64,000 bases of DNA from Candidatus Enterousia sp. (GTDB lineage: Bacteria > Pseudomonadota > Alphaproteobacteria > Rs-D84). The DNA is taken from positions 4,679 through 68,678 of the forward strand of contig JAZROX010000011.1 of assembly GCA_045648945.1 (NCBI GenBank). Direction: 5' to 3'. Made by a program: the position numbers and the translations under genes. This document shows positions 30,213-40,657 of this stretch, piece after piece; the first letter of the stretch is position 1, and each line of letters starts with the position of its first letter. Under the pieces are notes generated by a model, which searched no databases, had not been told where the DNA came from, and saw only the letters and a list, made by a program, of their open reading frames with translations.

Positions 30213-30288
30213 CGCATAAAAATCATAAAATAATTCGGTTGGGCGGTATGCCCAAAGTCAAACAATAAAAAAGCATAAGGAATAAAAA

Positions 30289-31584
30289 ATGGATTTGAAA
30301 CCAACAAAACCTTTATCGGGATTTATAGAATTACTGCCGGCGCAGCAACGCTTTGTGGACGCGTGCGCGGCGCGTATGTTGGGTGTTTTGCGCGACTGTG
30401 GTTTTTCATATCTGGATTTACCGGCAATCGAGCGGGCCGAGGTTTTGACCGATAAAGACAACTGGGACGAAATTGAAACGCAAATGTATTTGTTTCAGAA
30501 AGGTGATACAAAAATGGGGCTGCGATATGATGGGACGGTCGGTTTGTCGCGTTATGTTGCAGGCCATCTGAATGAATTGAATTTTCCGTTCCGGGCAAGC
30601 CAGTTTTCCAAACGCTATCGCGGGGAACGAAAACAACGCGGGCGTTTTCGTGAGTTTTACCAGATGGATATGGATATCATGGATATTAATTCTTTGTCCA
30701 CTAATTATGATGCAGAAATTATTTCTGTGATTGGGCGCACTTTGGATTCTGTGTCAGAATTCATTGGTGATAATTATGTCCTGGTTGGGTCGCGACCTTT
30801 TTGGGATGCGTTGTTTAATTACCTGAATTTGACGGATGCCCAGAAGAAAGAAATTTTCATCTTGATAGATAAACGCGATAAAATTGATAATGCGGAATTT
30901 AATGCGTGGCTGTCTGATATATTAAAGAATGAAAAATTGGAAAATGAAATAAAATCTGTGTTTGCAAATGGTTATGAATATTTTAGTGGTAAATCCGCTG
31001 AATTGGACGGCGCCATTAAAGAACTGACAGATTTTATGGGAAAATTGTCGATGATGGGCGTCAAAAACGCAAAGATAGATTTGTCTATTACGCGCGGTTT
31101 GGCGTATTACACCGGGTTGGTCTTTGAATTTAAATTGTCCGAATATCCCGAATTGGGAACGGCGGCCGGCGGTGGGCGGTATGCGAACCTGGTTGAAAAA
31201 TTCAGCAAGACAAAAATTATTGGGGTCGGTGCGGCAATCGGTTTTTCAAGAATCTTTGTCACGTTGGCCGAAACCGGTAAAATTGATTTAAGTAAATTTG
31301 AATCTGGAACGGATGTTGCGGTGTTGGTTATGGGGAATGAAAATTTGCCGTATGCGATGTCTGTTTTGAACGCGCTGCGCGATGCCGGGGTACCGTCTGT
31401 GGCGTATTTGGACACCGATAAAAAGTTTAAAAACCAAATCGAATATGCCGACAAAATTATGGCTAAATTCAGTATGATAATTGGCGAAAATGAAGTAAAA
31501 GATAAAGTTGTGGCCGTCAAAGATATGCGGTCGGGCGAACAACGGACTGTGGGCATCGCAGATGCAATAAAAATGGTTAAATAA
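30289..31584 (+). CDS. hisS: histidine--tRNA ligase
   Basis: [35 protein letters not shown]. Confidence 0.97.
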   Translation: MDLKPTKPLSGFIELLPAQQRFVDACAARMLGVLRDCGFSYLDLPAIERAEVLTDKDNWDEIETQMYLFQKGDTKMGLRYDGTVGLSRYVAGHLNELNFPFRASQFSKRYRGERKQRGRFREFYQMDMDIMDINSLSTNYDAEIISVIGRTLDSVSEFIGDNYVLVGSRPFWDALFNYLNLTDAQKKEIFILIDKRDKIDNAEFNAWLSDILKNEKLENEIKSVFANGYEYFSGKSAELDGAIKELTDFMGKLSMMGVKNAKIDLSITRGLAYYTGLVFEFKLSEYPELGTAAGGGRYANLVEKFSKTKIIGVGAAIGFSRIFVTLAETGKIDLSKFESGTDVAVLVMGNENLPYAMSVLNALRDAGVPSVAYLDTDKKFKNQIEYADKIMAKFSMIIGENEVKDKVVAVKDMRSGEQRTVGIADAIKMVK

Positions 31585-31594
31585 CGGGTTGAAA

Positions 31595-32659
31595 ATGGAA
31601 ATCGATCAAAAACTTTTGGATATAAAAAAACGCGCGGATGATATCCAGGCGGCGATGAATTCGGGTGACATTTCGGGTGACGAATTGACCAAGTTATCCA
31701 AGGAATATTCGCGCCTTAACGATATTTTGCCATTGGTTGACGAATATTTTCAGATAAAGCAGGGCATATCAGATGCAACCGAAATGCAACACGATGCGGA
31801 ACTGCGCGACATTGCCACAGAACAGCTGGAAGATTTAAAACATCGTATGCCAGACGTGGAAAAACGGTTACAGATTGCCTTGCTGCCGCGGGATGATGCA
31901 GACGATAACAGTGCCATTATGGAAATTCGCGCGGGGGTGGGGGGCGAAGAATCTGCTTTGTTCGCGGGCGATTTGTTTAACCAGTATAAATCCTATGCGT
32001 TGCGGCACGGGTGGAAAATTGAAATTGTGGAAGAAAACGCGACGTCTTTGCATGGGTACAAAGAAATTATATTCAAAATCGATGGCGATGGGGTCTATGC
32101 GCGCATGAAATTTGAATCTGGAATTCATCGTGTTCAACGTGTGCCGGAAACCGAGGCGGGCGGTCGTATTCACACCAGTGCGGTTTCGGTGGCGGTAATG
32201 CCCGAGGCGCAAGATATAGACGTTCAAATCGAAGAAAAAGATATTCGTATCGACGTTTTTCGTGCGTCCGGTGCGGGTGGCCAGCATGTTAATAAAACCG
32301 ATAGCGCGGTTCGTATTACGCATTTTCCGACAGGGATTGTGGTCACATGCCAAAATGAACGCAGCCAGATTCAGAACAAGGCGACGGCGATGGCGGTTCT
32401 GCGTTCAAAGTTGTATGAAAAACAGCGCAGCGAGCAAGACGCCGCGCGCACGTCTTCGCGGCGCAGTATGGTTGGTTCGGGCGATAGAAGTGAGAAAATA
32501 CGAACCTATAATTTTCCGGAACAACGTGTGACCGATCATCGTATCAAATTAACACTGTATAAATTGGATGATATTTTGGCGGGCGGCGAAGGGTTGGATG
32601 AAATGATAGACGCATTGATTTCGGCCGATCAACTGGAACGCCTTGCCGCGATGGAATAG
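31595..32659 (+). CDS. prfA: peptide chain release factor 1
   Basis: GGQ motif, PET specificity motif (RVPETE), [11 protein letters not shown]. Confidence 0.97.
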   Translation: MEIDQKLLDIKKRADDIQAAMNSGDISGDELTKLSKEYSRLNDILPLVDEYFQIKQGISDATEMQHDAELRDIATEQLEDLKHRMPDVEKRLQIALLPRDDADDNSAIMEIRAGVGGEESALFAGDLFNQYKSYALRHGWKIEIVEENATSLHGYKEIIFKIDGDGVYARMKFESGIHRVQRVPETEAGGRIHTSAVSVAVMPEAQDIDVQIEEKDIRIDVFRASGAGGQHVNKTDSAVRITHFPTGIVVTCQNERSQIQNKATAMAVLRSKLYEKQRSEQDAARTSSRRSMVGSGDRSEKIRTYNFPEQRVTDHRIKLTLYKLDDILAGGEGLDEMIDALISADQLERLAAME

Positions 32660-32667
32660 GGGGGGTA

Positions 32668-32691
32668 AGTGGCTAGTGTTAGTGATTAGTG
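32668..32691 (+). repeat. short tandem TAGTG-type repeat after prfA stop
   Basis: agtggctagtgttagtgattagtg. Confidence 0.7.
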
Positions 32692-32693
32692 AG

Positions 32694-32716
32694 AAACGGC
32701 GCGTTGCGCCGTTTTT
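32694..32716. terminator. bidirectional terminator
   Basis: aaacggcgc-gtt-gcgccgtttt between convergent genes. Confidence 0.7.
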
Positions 32717-33689
32717 AGTTGTTGGATGGCAAATAAAGGTTTTGAACCGGCCCGGCAATAAAATTACCATTACCAGAGTTAGTCAAGAATGTGTTTGTCA
32801 CAATATCGTACATGCCAAGTGTGCCGTCACTGTCCCGCTGCGCAGGGACGTAGTCGTGTACAATGGATGTGTTTTCCGATAATTTGAAATTATAAATTCG
32901 TGCAACGGCATTGTGGTACGCCCCACCACCACTAGGATAATTACTTGTAAACAAATAAAAATTCGATGGGTTTGAAAATGTGGCATTGGGAATAGAACAA
33001 CGCGTATTACCATCAATTGTGATAAGTTTATCATTCATATAATTTATTGTCCCAAGATGTCGTCCGATTCGTGTATTGTCGGTGGAGGCACAAGTATAAC
33101 CGGTTCCCGTTTTATGTGCGAAATACATATAGTCACCTATGCGAAAAAGCACAGTATTTGGGCCTATTACCCCAAACAAAATTTGTTCGTTTGAATTGGT
33201 ATTAGTATATTGAAAATCAAATTTGGCACCATAGGTATCATTTATTGTAATCCCCGTATCAATATATTGCTCCCCTGTGCTTTCTAAATATTCCAATTCT
33301 GTATACCCAGTGGGTAATGTGGATTTCCCAGTTGAACCGAATATATCCACCAACCAGCAATCGTTCGGATCGTTTGGATTATATTGAACACATTTAAATT
33401 CTGCATTTATGGCGTTTTGGACGGCGGTGTTCATGGTTACGGCGTCAACCAATGCGTCCGTTTGGTCGGAATAGGTGGCGGTTGAATCATAGACATTTTT
33501 CGTGCCGACGTTGCCGGCGGTGCCGGTATTGGTTAAAACCTGGGTCGTGCCGGAATTTGCGGGGATTTTGTCCTGTTTTAATGCAACGACGGTGTCAACA
33601 AAGGCTTTACTGGTCGCGACGTTTTCGCCCGCCGCAAACGCGGGCAGGGCCATTGCCGCGCAGATAACCGAGATTAAAAATGCCTTCAT
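32715..33689 (-). CDS. secreted fibre/adhesin-like protein, family member D
   Basis: Conserved stalk and head-domain framework with a divergent core; AAGGAGG RBS. Confidence 0.88.
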   Translation of the reverse strand: MKAFLISVICAAMALPAFAAGENVATSKAFVDTVVALKQDKIPANSGTTQVLTNTGTAGNVGTKNVYDSTATYSDQTDALVDAVTMNTAVQNAINAEFKCVQYNPNDPNDCWLVDIFGSTGKSTLPTGYTELEYLESTGEQYIDTGITINDTYGAKFDFQYTNTNSNEQILFGVIGPNTVLFRIGDYMYFAHKTGTGYTCASTDNTRIGRHLGTINYMNDKLITIDGNTRCSIPNATFSNPSNFYLFTSNYPSGGGAYHNAVARIYNFKLSENTSIVHDYVPAQRDSDGTLGMYDIVTNTFLTNSGNGNFIAGPVQNLYLPSNN

Positions 33690-33702
33690 ATTTTTCCTCC
33701 TT

Positions 33703-33757
33703 GGTCTACCCCGTCACACTTCGTGTGCCACCCCTTCACAATGTGAAGGGGACTTTT
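33703..33757 (-). repeat. REP-like double hairpin between leader terminator and RBS
   Basis: Identical to 29093-29147. Confidence 0.85.
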
Positions 33758-33765
33758 GGGATTTT

Positions 33766-33977
33766 AAAAACCGCCAGGAATCCTGACGGTCGGGGTGTTG
33801 GTATAATCAAATCAGCTAAGATTCCCATGGCCTTTATATATACGCCACAGGCACCCCGACCAAAATCGGGGGATATATCACGGTGCAAAAACATGAAAAA
33901 TCGAACAGATTACGATGCCTTGCACCGGCTGATTTGGGCCTACCACAGCCCCGAACCACGGGTTCCCACCTGGGTTC
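33766..33977 (-). ncRNA. candidate structured leader RNA/attenuator (copy D)
   Basis: TTGCCA-N17-TATCAT promoter; same architecture as copies B and C with compensatory changes. Confidence 0.72.
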
Positions 33978-34430
33978 AATTTGGATGATATTATATTTTC
34001 AAAATTATGGCAAGTGTTTTTTATGAATGTGTGCCAAAATTGCTGAATTTTCACGCAAAAATCGCCGATTTTTCGGCAAAAATCACAATTTGCATAAATT
34101 AAAAAATATTAGTAAAATTGGGACGTTAGTATAAATTGTTAAATTTTTGCTTTATGTTAGGGTGGGGCGGGGTGCGCGTTGTGCGAAAATCATCTAAAAA
34201 CGCCAGAATTTGCGGTGTGTGTCGCCAAAAATCGGGGTTGGGGCGGTCGAATGTTTTATGCATACCGTTATAGGGCGCAAAATTGGGCGTTTTATGGTGG
34301 TTTTGGTGCCGATGTTGATGGAAGTGTAGTTAAAATATTTTATAAACTTTGTAAAATAATAGTATGAATTTACTGTTAAAATTCTGATACATAAAAACAC
34401 AAATTTAATCGGTGGGGCAGCGATATACAA

Positions 34431-34458
34431 AAGGCGCATAATGTATATTATGTATAGT
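34431..34458 (+). other. dif-like XerCD recombination site
   Basis: AAGGCGCATAA-TGTATA-TTATGTATAGT versus E. coli dif GGTGCGCATAA-TGTATA-TTATGTTAAAT; lies in a ~1.2-kb non-coding gap. Confidence 0.7.
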
Positions 34459-34620
34459 TAAGTGTGCTAAAGCCCACTATAACTATACATAATATAAGAA
34501 TAAATAATAAGTGCTACGCATTATATAAGAATAAATAATAATAGTTAAGTGTGCTAAAGCCCACTATAACTATACATAATATAACGCCAGTATGAAGAGG
34601 CCTACTATAACTATATATAA
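34444..34620. repeat. 53-bp imperfect palindrome and local direct duplications next to dif
   Basis: tatattatgtatagtta (34444-34460) / taactatacataatata (34480-34496); 44-bp direct repeat 34454-34497 = 34541-34584; 19-bp repeat 34492-34510 = 34523-34541. Confidence 0.85.
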
Positions 34621-35276
34621 AACCGATTATTGTGTTTCAATGCTACATATAACATCGGTATAAAAATGTGTAATGGCAATGGCCCCTATTCTTGTTCTGG
34701 AATATATTTTTTGTGTTTTACGGCGTTCTGTGTCATTCGTTTATAGCGACGTGAACGTATAAATATATGCCAAATGAAAATTTGCTCGCTATTAGCTGCA
34801 TGGTATTTTTATCGATGGATTGTGCGCGCGGCGTCGTGACGTATAAATATGCGTTTTATAAAAATTTGCTCGCTCTCTGCATGCGGATAATTTTGTTTCT
34901 TTTTGTGTTTTTAACCAGAAATTTTTGTTGGCGTTTTTTGCCGTTGTTTTTTTATTGCATCTTAAAAATAATTTCTTGAGAGTTTTGAATTTGTATCGTG
35001 TCGTGTGCCTTTGTTGTTGTACGAATGTTTTTGTGGTTTTGCTAAAAACATGGTCGTTTCGGGCAAAAAAATGCGAAAACCGCCCTATTCTGCCACTAAA
35101 AATCAAAAAAATGGCGGATTTTTGCGGGTTTGCGGCGGTTTTTGCGCCTAAAATGCCCTATTTTGTTGTGTTTTTGTGGTTTTTATTAGAATTTTTGTGA
35201 AAATTCTATTGATTTGATTTTGCACTTGCGCCATGGGGTCGCAAAGTGGTATAATTTGCACCAAGGAAAGGATGTA

Positions 35277-36359
35277 TTGGTGGGGCGGATAAAGTGTATT
35301 TTTGTTGCCTTGGTTGGCGTGTTCGCGGTGTGTGCCGCGCATGCGGATTCTTGTAATCCCGGTGAATATATGGTTTGTGATCCGGATCCCTATGATAATT
35401 CTTGTACGGATTGCGGGTGTGCAAGTTGCCTGGTTGGCCAGACCAGTGATGGGAGGGGTGTTGTTTATCGTTGCCCATATGAAACGGGCGACAGTGGTTG
35501 TCATGACGCCGGTTATTGTGCGGGATTTGACACTTGTCCCGATGATGTTCCGTTGGCTCAATATCGTAAATGCAAACCGGTAACAGATTGTGGTGGGGTT
35601 GGCGGTTGCACAGGCTATAAGCTTTGTAATATCGTTAATGGTGAAGAGGCGGGATTTTTTATTCCGGCCGATAATCAGGTGTGCCATTTAGAAGGTTCAA
35701 CGTGTTATGCAAATGAACGGGCGTGCAATTTGTTTGATGTTTCCGCCGATGATTATGGTCAATGGAGTTGCCAAAAGTCCCACCAGACAGGAAATGCGCA
35801 ATGGACCCCAAGTAAAAATGCGTGGGATACATCCTATTGTCATTGTTCTATGACAAATATGAATATTGATACAACACTGGGGACGACGGTGAAATGTCAA
35901 AACGCCAATGCGACGTATCGGGTTGCCGATGCGTATAAATACAATACCAAGAAAGTTACGGATCCCGTATATTATATTCCGGCAAAGCGCTATTGCGCGC
36001 GATGCTATCCGGGCTATGTGCCGCATTCGGTCAATCCGTTTAGTGTTTGGCAGGACGGTGGCGAAACATATTATTTGATTCAATATCCCAGTGGTGGTCA
36101 AGGCAATGGTTTGTATGGTGTTGTGGCGTGCGATAATTTGGTGGTCGCGCCGTACTATGCGGATGGGTGCGTAATAGATTGGACAAAACCATCCGGAACG
36201 GCGGCCCAGAACGCGTGTAAAATATCATGTGATACAGGGATGGAGACAGTTGAAAACGGTGCAACCGGCGCAAGCGATTGTGTGCCGGCTGGTGCGACCT
36301 ATACCGATGCGACCGGAACGTTCCGATTGGGGTCGGATTCGGGTGTTTGTGGTAATTGA
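35277..36359 (+). CDS. secreted Cys-rich surface protein
   Basis: Signal peptide ending AHA, dense Cys, C-terminal GAT...C......DATGTF motif; TTGCGC..TATAAT promoter and AAGGA RBS; exact start uncertain. Confidence 0.78.
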   Translation: MVGRIKCIFVALVGVFAVCAAHADSCNPGEYMVCDPDPYDNSCTDCGCASCLVGQTSDGRGVVYRCPYETGDSGCHDAGYCAGFDTCPDDVPLAQYRKCKPVTDCGGVGGCTGYKLCNIVNGEEAGFFIPADNQVCHLEGSTCYANERACNLFDVSADDYGQWSCQKSHQTGNAQWTPSKNAWDTSYCHCSMTNMNIDTTLGTTVKCQNANATYRVADAYKYNTKKVTDPVYYIPAKRYCARCYPGYVPHSVNPFSVWQDGGETYYLIQYPSGGQGNGLYGVVACDNLVVAPYYADGCVIDWTKPSGTAAQNACKISCDTGMETVENGATGASDCVPAGATYTDATGTFRLGSDSGVCGN

Positions 36360-36418
36360 TTAAAATAGAAAAACCGCCCTGCCCTTGGCATTGGCGGTTT
36401 TTCAGACCTTATACGATT

Positions 36419-37729
36419 TTATTTTGCGTTCGCCGGTTGAAACAATTCGGTCGCCTTTACGGCCTTTTCTTTCTGTTTCACGTGGGACAACATCGCGTCC
36501 AGGGCTTTGCGTTCAAAAATCATCCCGCGCAGCATATTAAGGGCGTTTTGATTTTTGTTATAAAATTCGAATATCTGTTTCGGATCTGGATAGCGTGCGG
36601 CCTCGGCCCAAATTGCCTGTTGCAGGTCATCGCGGGTCACTTCGACTTTATTCGCGGAACCCCATTCGGCCAAAATAAGGCCCAATTTCACGCGGCGTTC
36701 GGCGTCTTTGCGTTCCTGTTTTTCGTCAAATTTGCAATCGCCGTCACATTTGCCGTCACAGTGCGCGTGACGATGTTCGTGTTCGTTCCGCGCCATTTGC
36801 AATTCTTGTTCGACCACAACTTCGGGTAAATCCAGTTTCACTTTGTCGGCCAAAATATCCAGCAATTCGTTGCGCATTTCGGATTTTGCGGCCTCGACAT
36901 ATTGTTCATTCAGAATGTTGCGAATGTGTTCGCGTAATTTCTCGACCGTTTCTTGACCAATGGATTTCGCAAATTCATCGTTCAGTTCCGGCAAGATATG
37001 TTTGCGAACCTCGTGCACGACAACCGCAAAGCGTGCCGCCTTGCCGGCCAGGTTTTCTGCATGATAATCCTTGGGGAATTTTACATTAACGTCAAATTCG
37101 TCGCCCGCCTTGTGGCCAATAACCTGGTCTTCGAATCCTGGGATAAACGCGCCGGAACCCAAAACCAAGTGGTGCATTTTTGCGGCGCCGCCTTCGAACG
37201 CGGTGTCACCAATGTAACCGGTAAAGTCAATAACCGCGGTATCGCCGTTTTGTGCGACATAGTCCGCCGGTTGTTTTTCGGCGACGCTGCGTGTGCGGCG
37301 AATGTTTTCCAATGCTTTATCAACCTCGGCCTCGTCCAGGGTTGTTGTTTTTTTCGTAACCGTGAATTTTTCCAAATCAATTTCCGGCAAAGTCGGCAAA
37401 ATATCAAATTCCAGTGTGTATTCGGCATCTGACCCGATTTCCCATTTCCCCAGGTCCGCGCGCGGTGCGCCCGCAAGGCGGATTTTCTTCTCGGTTGCAT
37501 ATTTTTCCAAATCGGCGTTCATCAGTTTATCAATGGCGTCCGCCATGGCCGATGCATTATATTTTTGGCGCAGGACGGAAAGTGGCACGTGGCCCTTGCG
37601 AAAACCGGGCATTTTAACATCTGCACCGTATTTATTCAAAACTTCGTCGGCGGCCGCCTGAATTTCGTCTGCGGTCAATGTGCCGGTCATAGAATAATGT
37701 AAATCTTTGATTTTTTCTTTTTTTATCAT
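36419..37729 (-). CDS. tig: trigger factor
   Basis: GFRKGHVP ribosome-binding motif, FKBP domain (IDFTG...FEGG, GSGAFIPGFEDQ). Confidence 0.97.
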   Translation of the reverse strand: MIKKEKIKDLHYSMTGTLTADEIQAAADEVLNKYGADVKMPGFRKGHVPLSVLRQKYNASAMADAIDKLMNADLEKYATEKKIRLAGAPRADLGKWEIGSDAEYTLEFDILPTLPEIDLEKFTVTKKTTTLDEAEVDKALENIRRTRSVAEKQPADYVAQNGDTAVIDFTGYIGDTAFEGGAAKMHHLVLGSGAFIPGFEDQVIGHKAGDEFDVNVKFPKDYHAENLAGKAARFAVVVHEVRKHILPELNDEFAKSIGQETVEKLREHIRNILNEQYVEAAKSEMRNELLDILADKVKLDLPEVVVEQELQMARNEHEHRHAHCDGKCDGDCKFDEKQERKDAERRVKLGLILAEWGSANKVEVTRDDLQQAIWAEAARYPDPKQIFEFYNKNQNALNMLRGMIFERKALDAMLSHVKQKEKAVKATELFQPANAK

Positions 37730-38009
37730 GATTTTCCCTTTGTCTAAGACGGATTTGCCGAGATAGTATACACGCTTTTTTTATTAATTCAACATATTTT
37801 GTGGTAATTATATGGCTACTCGACCCATTTTTGTAAAAGTATTGTATTTCTAGGTGTTTCAGAATATTATTATTTAACATTCAAATGTATTTATCAGATG
37901 AAAATGTGTTGAATGCTAGCAAAAAAATGAAAAATACCGATTTTTTGTGAAAAACGGTATTTTTTATTATTTTGGTGGCATAAACGCACCCAACGGTTCA
38001 AATAATCTA

Positions 38010-38381
38010 TTAAATTTCTCTTTGTGGTGTTCCAAAAGTAAATCCTGAATTAGTTTTTGTTTTTTTACCGAATGAAACACTTTTCAATTTGAACTGTTTT
38101 ATCATAGAATTAAAGAATTTCGCAATTTCTGCTGTATTTACTAATGTTGCGCCATGATTAGTGTGAACATATTCGCCGTTTGGGTCTTGAACTATCGCGT
38201 CATTACCAACTTCCAAACGCCACGTGTTTTCGGCGCCACTATGATAATATGGTGTAAAAACAGCCACAATATCTTTTCCAGAAAACAACTGCAAAACCTT
38301 TTCGTGGTCTTTGTTTTCTGCTACTTGGGTGGATGTATAATACACATCATCAAATCCAGGTATTTTATTTCCAAATTTCAT
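38010..38381 (-). CDS. hypothetical protein (transposon cargo)
   Basis: 123-aa ORF with GGAG RBS, downstream of 38399-38872. Confidence 0.65.
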   Translation of the reverse strand: MKFGNKIPGFDDVYYTSTQVAENKDHEKVLQLFSGKDIVAVFTPYYHSGAENTWRLEVGNDAIVQDPNGEYVHTNHGATLVNTAEIAKFFNSMIKQFKLKSVSFGKKTKTNSGFTFGTPQREI

Positions 38382-38398
38382 ATTTAAGCTCCGATTTT

Positions 38399-38872
38399 TT
38401 ATCTATTATCTCTCCATTTCGCTGCAATTTGTTCTGCTTGTTGAGTATAGTCCGGTCCTGTTTTTTTCCATTTACCTTTGATTCCAGCCGCAGTCGCCTT
38501 TGTAAATTCTTCGGTTTTCTGGATAGACTGCACTTTTTTAAAAGCATTCCACAAAAGTTTTTCGTCTTCCGACATGTCTTCTTCTTTTTTATCCCCATTA
38601 CTTACGTCTGAACGTGGATGCATATATAAAAGATTTGCTATCTTTTTTAAGACATCGCCATTTGAACAACCATTTTTAATAAAAGTTTCCATGGCTTTTT
38701 TATTACCACTAAAATATGCTGGTATGCATTCGTGGTAAAATTCACCCCATTCTGCTGTGTCAGCATTATTTTTAAATTGTTCTACGAATTCTGCAAAGAC
38801 ATCAAGTGGTATCTGACTATTTGCAAAAAGTTTACTTAACGCTTTAATATCTGTGTATGCATCACCTGGCAT
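38399..38872 (-). CDS. hypothetical protein (transposon cargo)
   Basis: 157-aa helical ORF with AAGGAG RBS. Confidence 0.7.
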   Translation of the reverse strand: MPGDAYTDIKALSKLFANSQIPLDVFAEFVEQFKNNADTAEWGEFYHECIPAYFSGNKKAMETFIKNGCSNGDVLKKIANLLYMHPRSDVSNGDKKEEDMSEDEKLLWNAFKKVQSIQKTEEFTKATAAGIKGKWKKTGPDYTQQAEQIAAKWRDNR

Positions 38873-39134
38873 AATAAAACTCCTTTGTTGGTTTTGACAT
38901 GATGATTATAATAAAACCAAGATTTAATTTGATACGGCTGTTAAACAACCTATAAAACAAGAAAACCGCGATTTTCGCGTTCTTTTAAAATCCGAAAGCA
39001 TCATAAAACGGTTGATTTTTTAGTTTGGTTTAATTTCAACACTAAAAATCAAGTTCAAAACCACGCGTATTGTGGTGGTGCACGATTTTTAATTCATTTC
39101 AATAAATACGAATGAACAACCAAAAGGATTTTTT

Positions 39135-39758
39135 ATGATTTATGCGTATTGTCGTGTGTCAACAACCCACCAAACCGAAGAAAACCAACGTTTTGTGATT
39201 GAAAAATTCGCGGACGAAAATAACATTAAAATTGACGTTTGGGTCAAAGAAACGATTTCAAGTGGCAAAAAACTATCGCAACGAAAACTAGGTAAATTGA
39301 TTCCAAAGTTAAAATCTGGGGATATACTCATTACAACCGAAATATCGCGTCTAGCACGTAGTTTAATGGAGTTAATGGGTATATTACAGACCTGTCTTGA
39401 AAAAGAATGTCAAATTTGGACTTTGAAAGAAAATTTTAGATTAGGAACAGACGTTCAATCAAAAGTTTTAGCGTTCGCTTTTGGTTTATCGGCTGAATTA
39501 TCAAAATCATTATTACAGGCGCGTGTTCGTGAAAGTTTGGCACGTTTAAAAGCAGACGGAAAGAAACTTGGACGACCATTTGGTTCAAAATCGCGTGAAT
39601 TAAAACTAACAAAACACAAAAAACGGCTGGAATGGATGTTAAAACGTGGATTCAGTAAGCCAAAGATAGCCAAATTATTAGGTGTTCATAAATGCACAAT
39701 CTATAATTATTTGAAAAAATCTGCCATTTCGGCAGATTCTGGTCATTCGATTTTGTAA
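39135..39758 (+). CDS. serine recombinase (resolvase/invertase family)
   Basis: YAYCRVST catalytic Ser, GDILITTEISRLARS, GKKLGRP and C-terminal HTH. Confidence 0.93.
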   Translation: MIYAYCRVSTTHQTEENQRFVIEKFADENNIKIDVWVKETISSGKKLSQRKLGKLIPKLKSGDILITTEISRLARSLMELMGILQTCLEKECQIWTLKENFRLGTDVQSKVLAFAFGLSAELSKSLLQARVRESLARLKADGKKLGRPFGSKSRELKLTKHKKRLEWMLKRGFSKPKIAKLLGVHKCTIYNYLKKSAISADSGHSIL

Positions 39759-39820
39759 AAAAACGCAAAAACCTAAGGACGTAAAATCATAAAAACCTTG
39801 AAATTCTACCAAAATAAACT

Positions 39821-40645
39821 ATGTTTGTTTATATGAATAACAAGGTAATAACAATGAATTTTACGTCACAATATTTAAGTTTTAATGATAAGATACCTGA
39901 ACACGACGATTTTTTGATTTTTCAAAAACAACCAGATTTCAGTTATAGCAGGACCAAAACATCTGCATACCATAATATACACACAGAATTGACCGAAGAT
40001 TATTTTTGGTTGTATTCCAATTATGGTAATAAAAATCCGCGTCCAAAACAGGTAATAAATACAACCAGCGGTGTATCACATGATAATTTAAGAACAGCCG
40101 AAGAAGTCGAACCTACCGACCAACTGTTCGTATTATATAGTTTTAATGATAAAACGATGTATATTTCAAACGTTAACAGTAAAGGTTTTGTGTCTAATTT
40201 ATTGATGGAAAAGATGGGTCTTGAAAGTATCAGTATAAAAAATATTTTTATGGACCGTGAACAATTTATTAACCAATTACAAGTATTAGACGAAATAAAA
40301 TTCACATCTGTGGAACGTAATTTGTTTTCTGGCGTTAACAGTATTGGTGGTGCACTTATGGACAATTATGGTATAGAAGAACCGGAAGTTTTTACAGTTT
40401 CCGCAAAATATAAGACACCAATATCAAAAAAAGTTAAAAATATGCTGGACTTATTGTCTGGACAGAAAAAAGAAGGCAACTTAAAAAAACTAATCATAGT
40501 TGGACGAGACGACCAAAATGTTGAACAAGTTTTCAATGAAGAAGCATTTACCCAAAAAGTTGTCATATCTATTTCGGAAAATGACGAAGGGTTATTCGAT
40601 CCAGAACAGGTAAAAAACAAATTATTAGAAAAAATAACCGAATAA
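39821..40645 (+). CDS. hypothetical soluble protein (transposon cargo)
   Basis: 274-aa ORF (start may be ATG 39854), closely followed by a TM gene. Confidence 0.75.
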   Translation: MFVYMNNKVITMNFTSQYLSFNDKIPEHDDFLIFQKQPDFSYSRTKTSAYHNIHTELTEDYFWLYSNYGNKNPRPKQVINTTSGVSHDNLRTAEEVEPTDQLFVLYSFNDKTMYISNVNSKGFVSNLLMEKMGLESISIKNIFMDREQFINQLQVLDEIKFTSVERNLFSGVNSIGGALMDNYGIEEPEVFTVSAKYKTPISKKVKNMLDLLSGQKKEGNLKKLIIVGRDDQNVEQVFNEEAFTQKVVISISENDEGLFDPEQVKNKLLEKITE

Positions 40646-40657
40646 AAGGTAAATAAC

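Noticed and set aside
34444-34496. Protelomerase (telRL-like) hairpin telomere site
   Set aside because: The palindrome centre is imperfect and no protelomerase gene is in the window; the dif match explains the arms better.
34454-34584. Possible CRISPR array (44-bp partly palindromic direct repeat)
   Set aside because: Only two copies, the intervening sequence is itself internally duplicated, no cas genes are present, and the repeat overlaps a dif-like site.
39135-39758. Invertase driving a shufflon of the adhesin genes
   Set aside because: The recombinase lies inside the transposon ends and I found no short inverted crossover sites in the adhesin genes; a transposon resolvase role is simpler.
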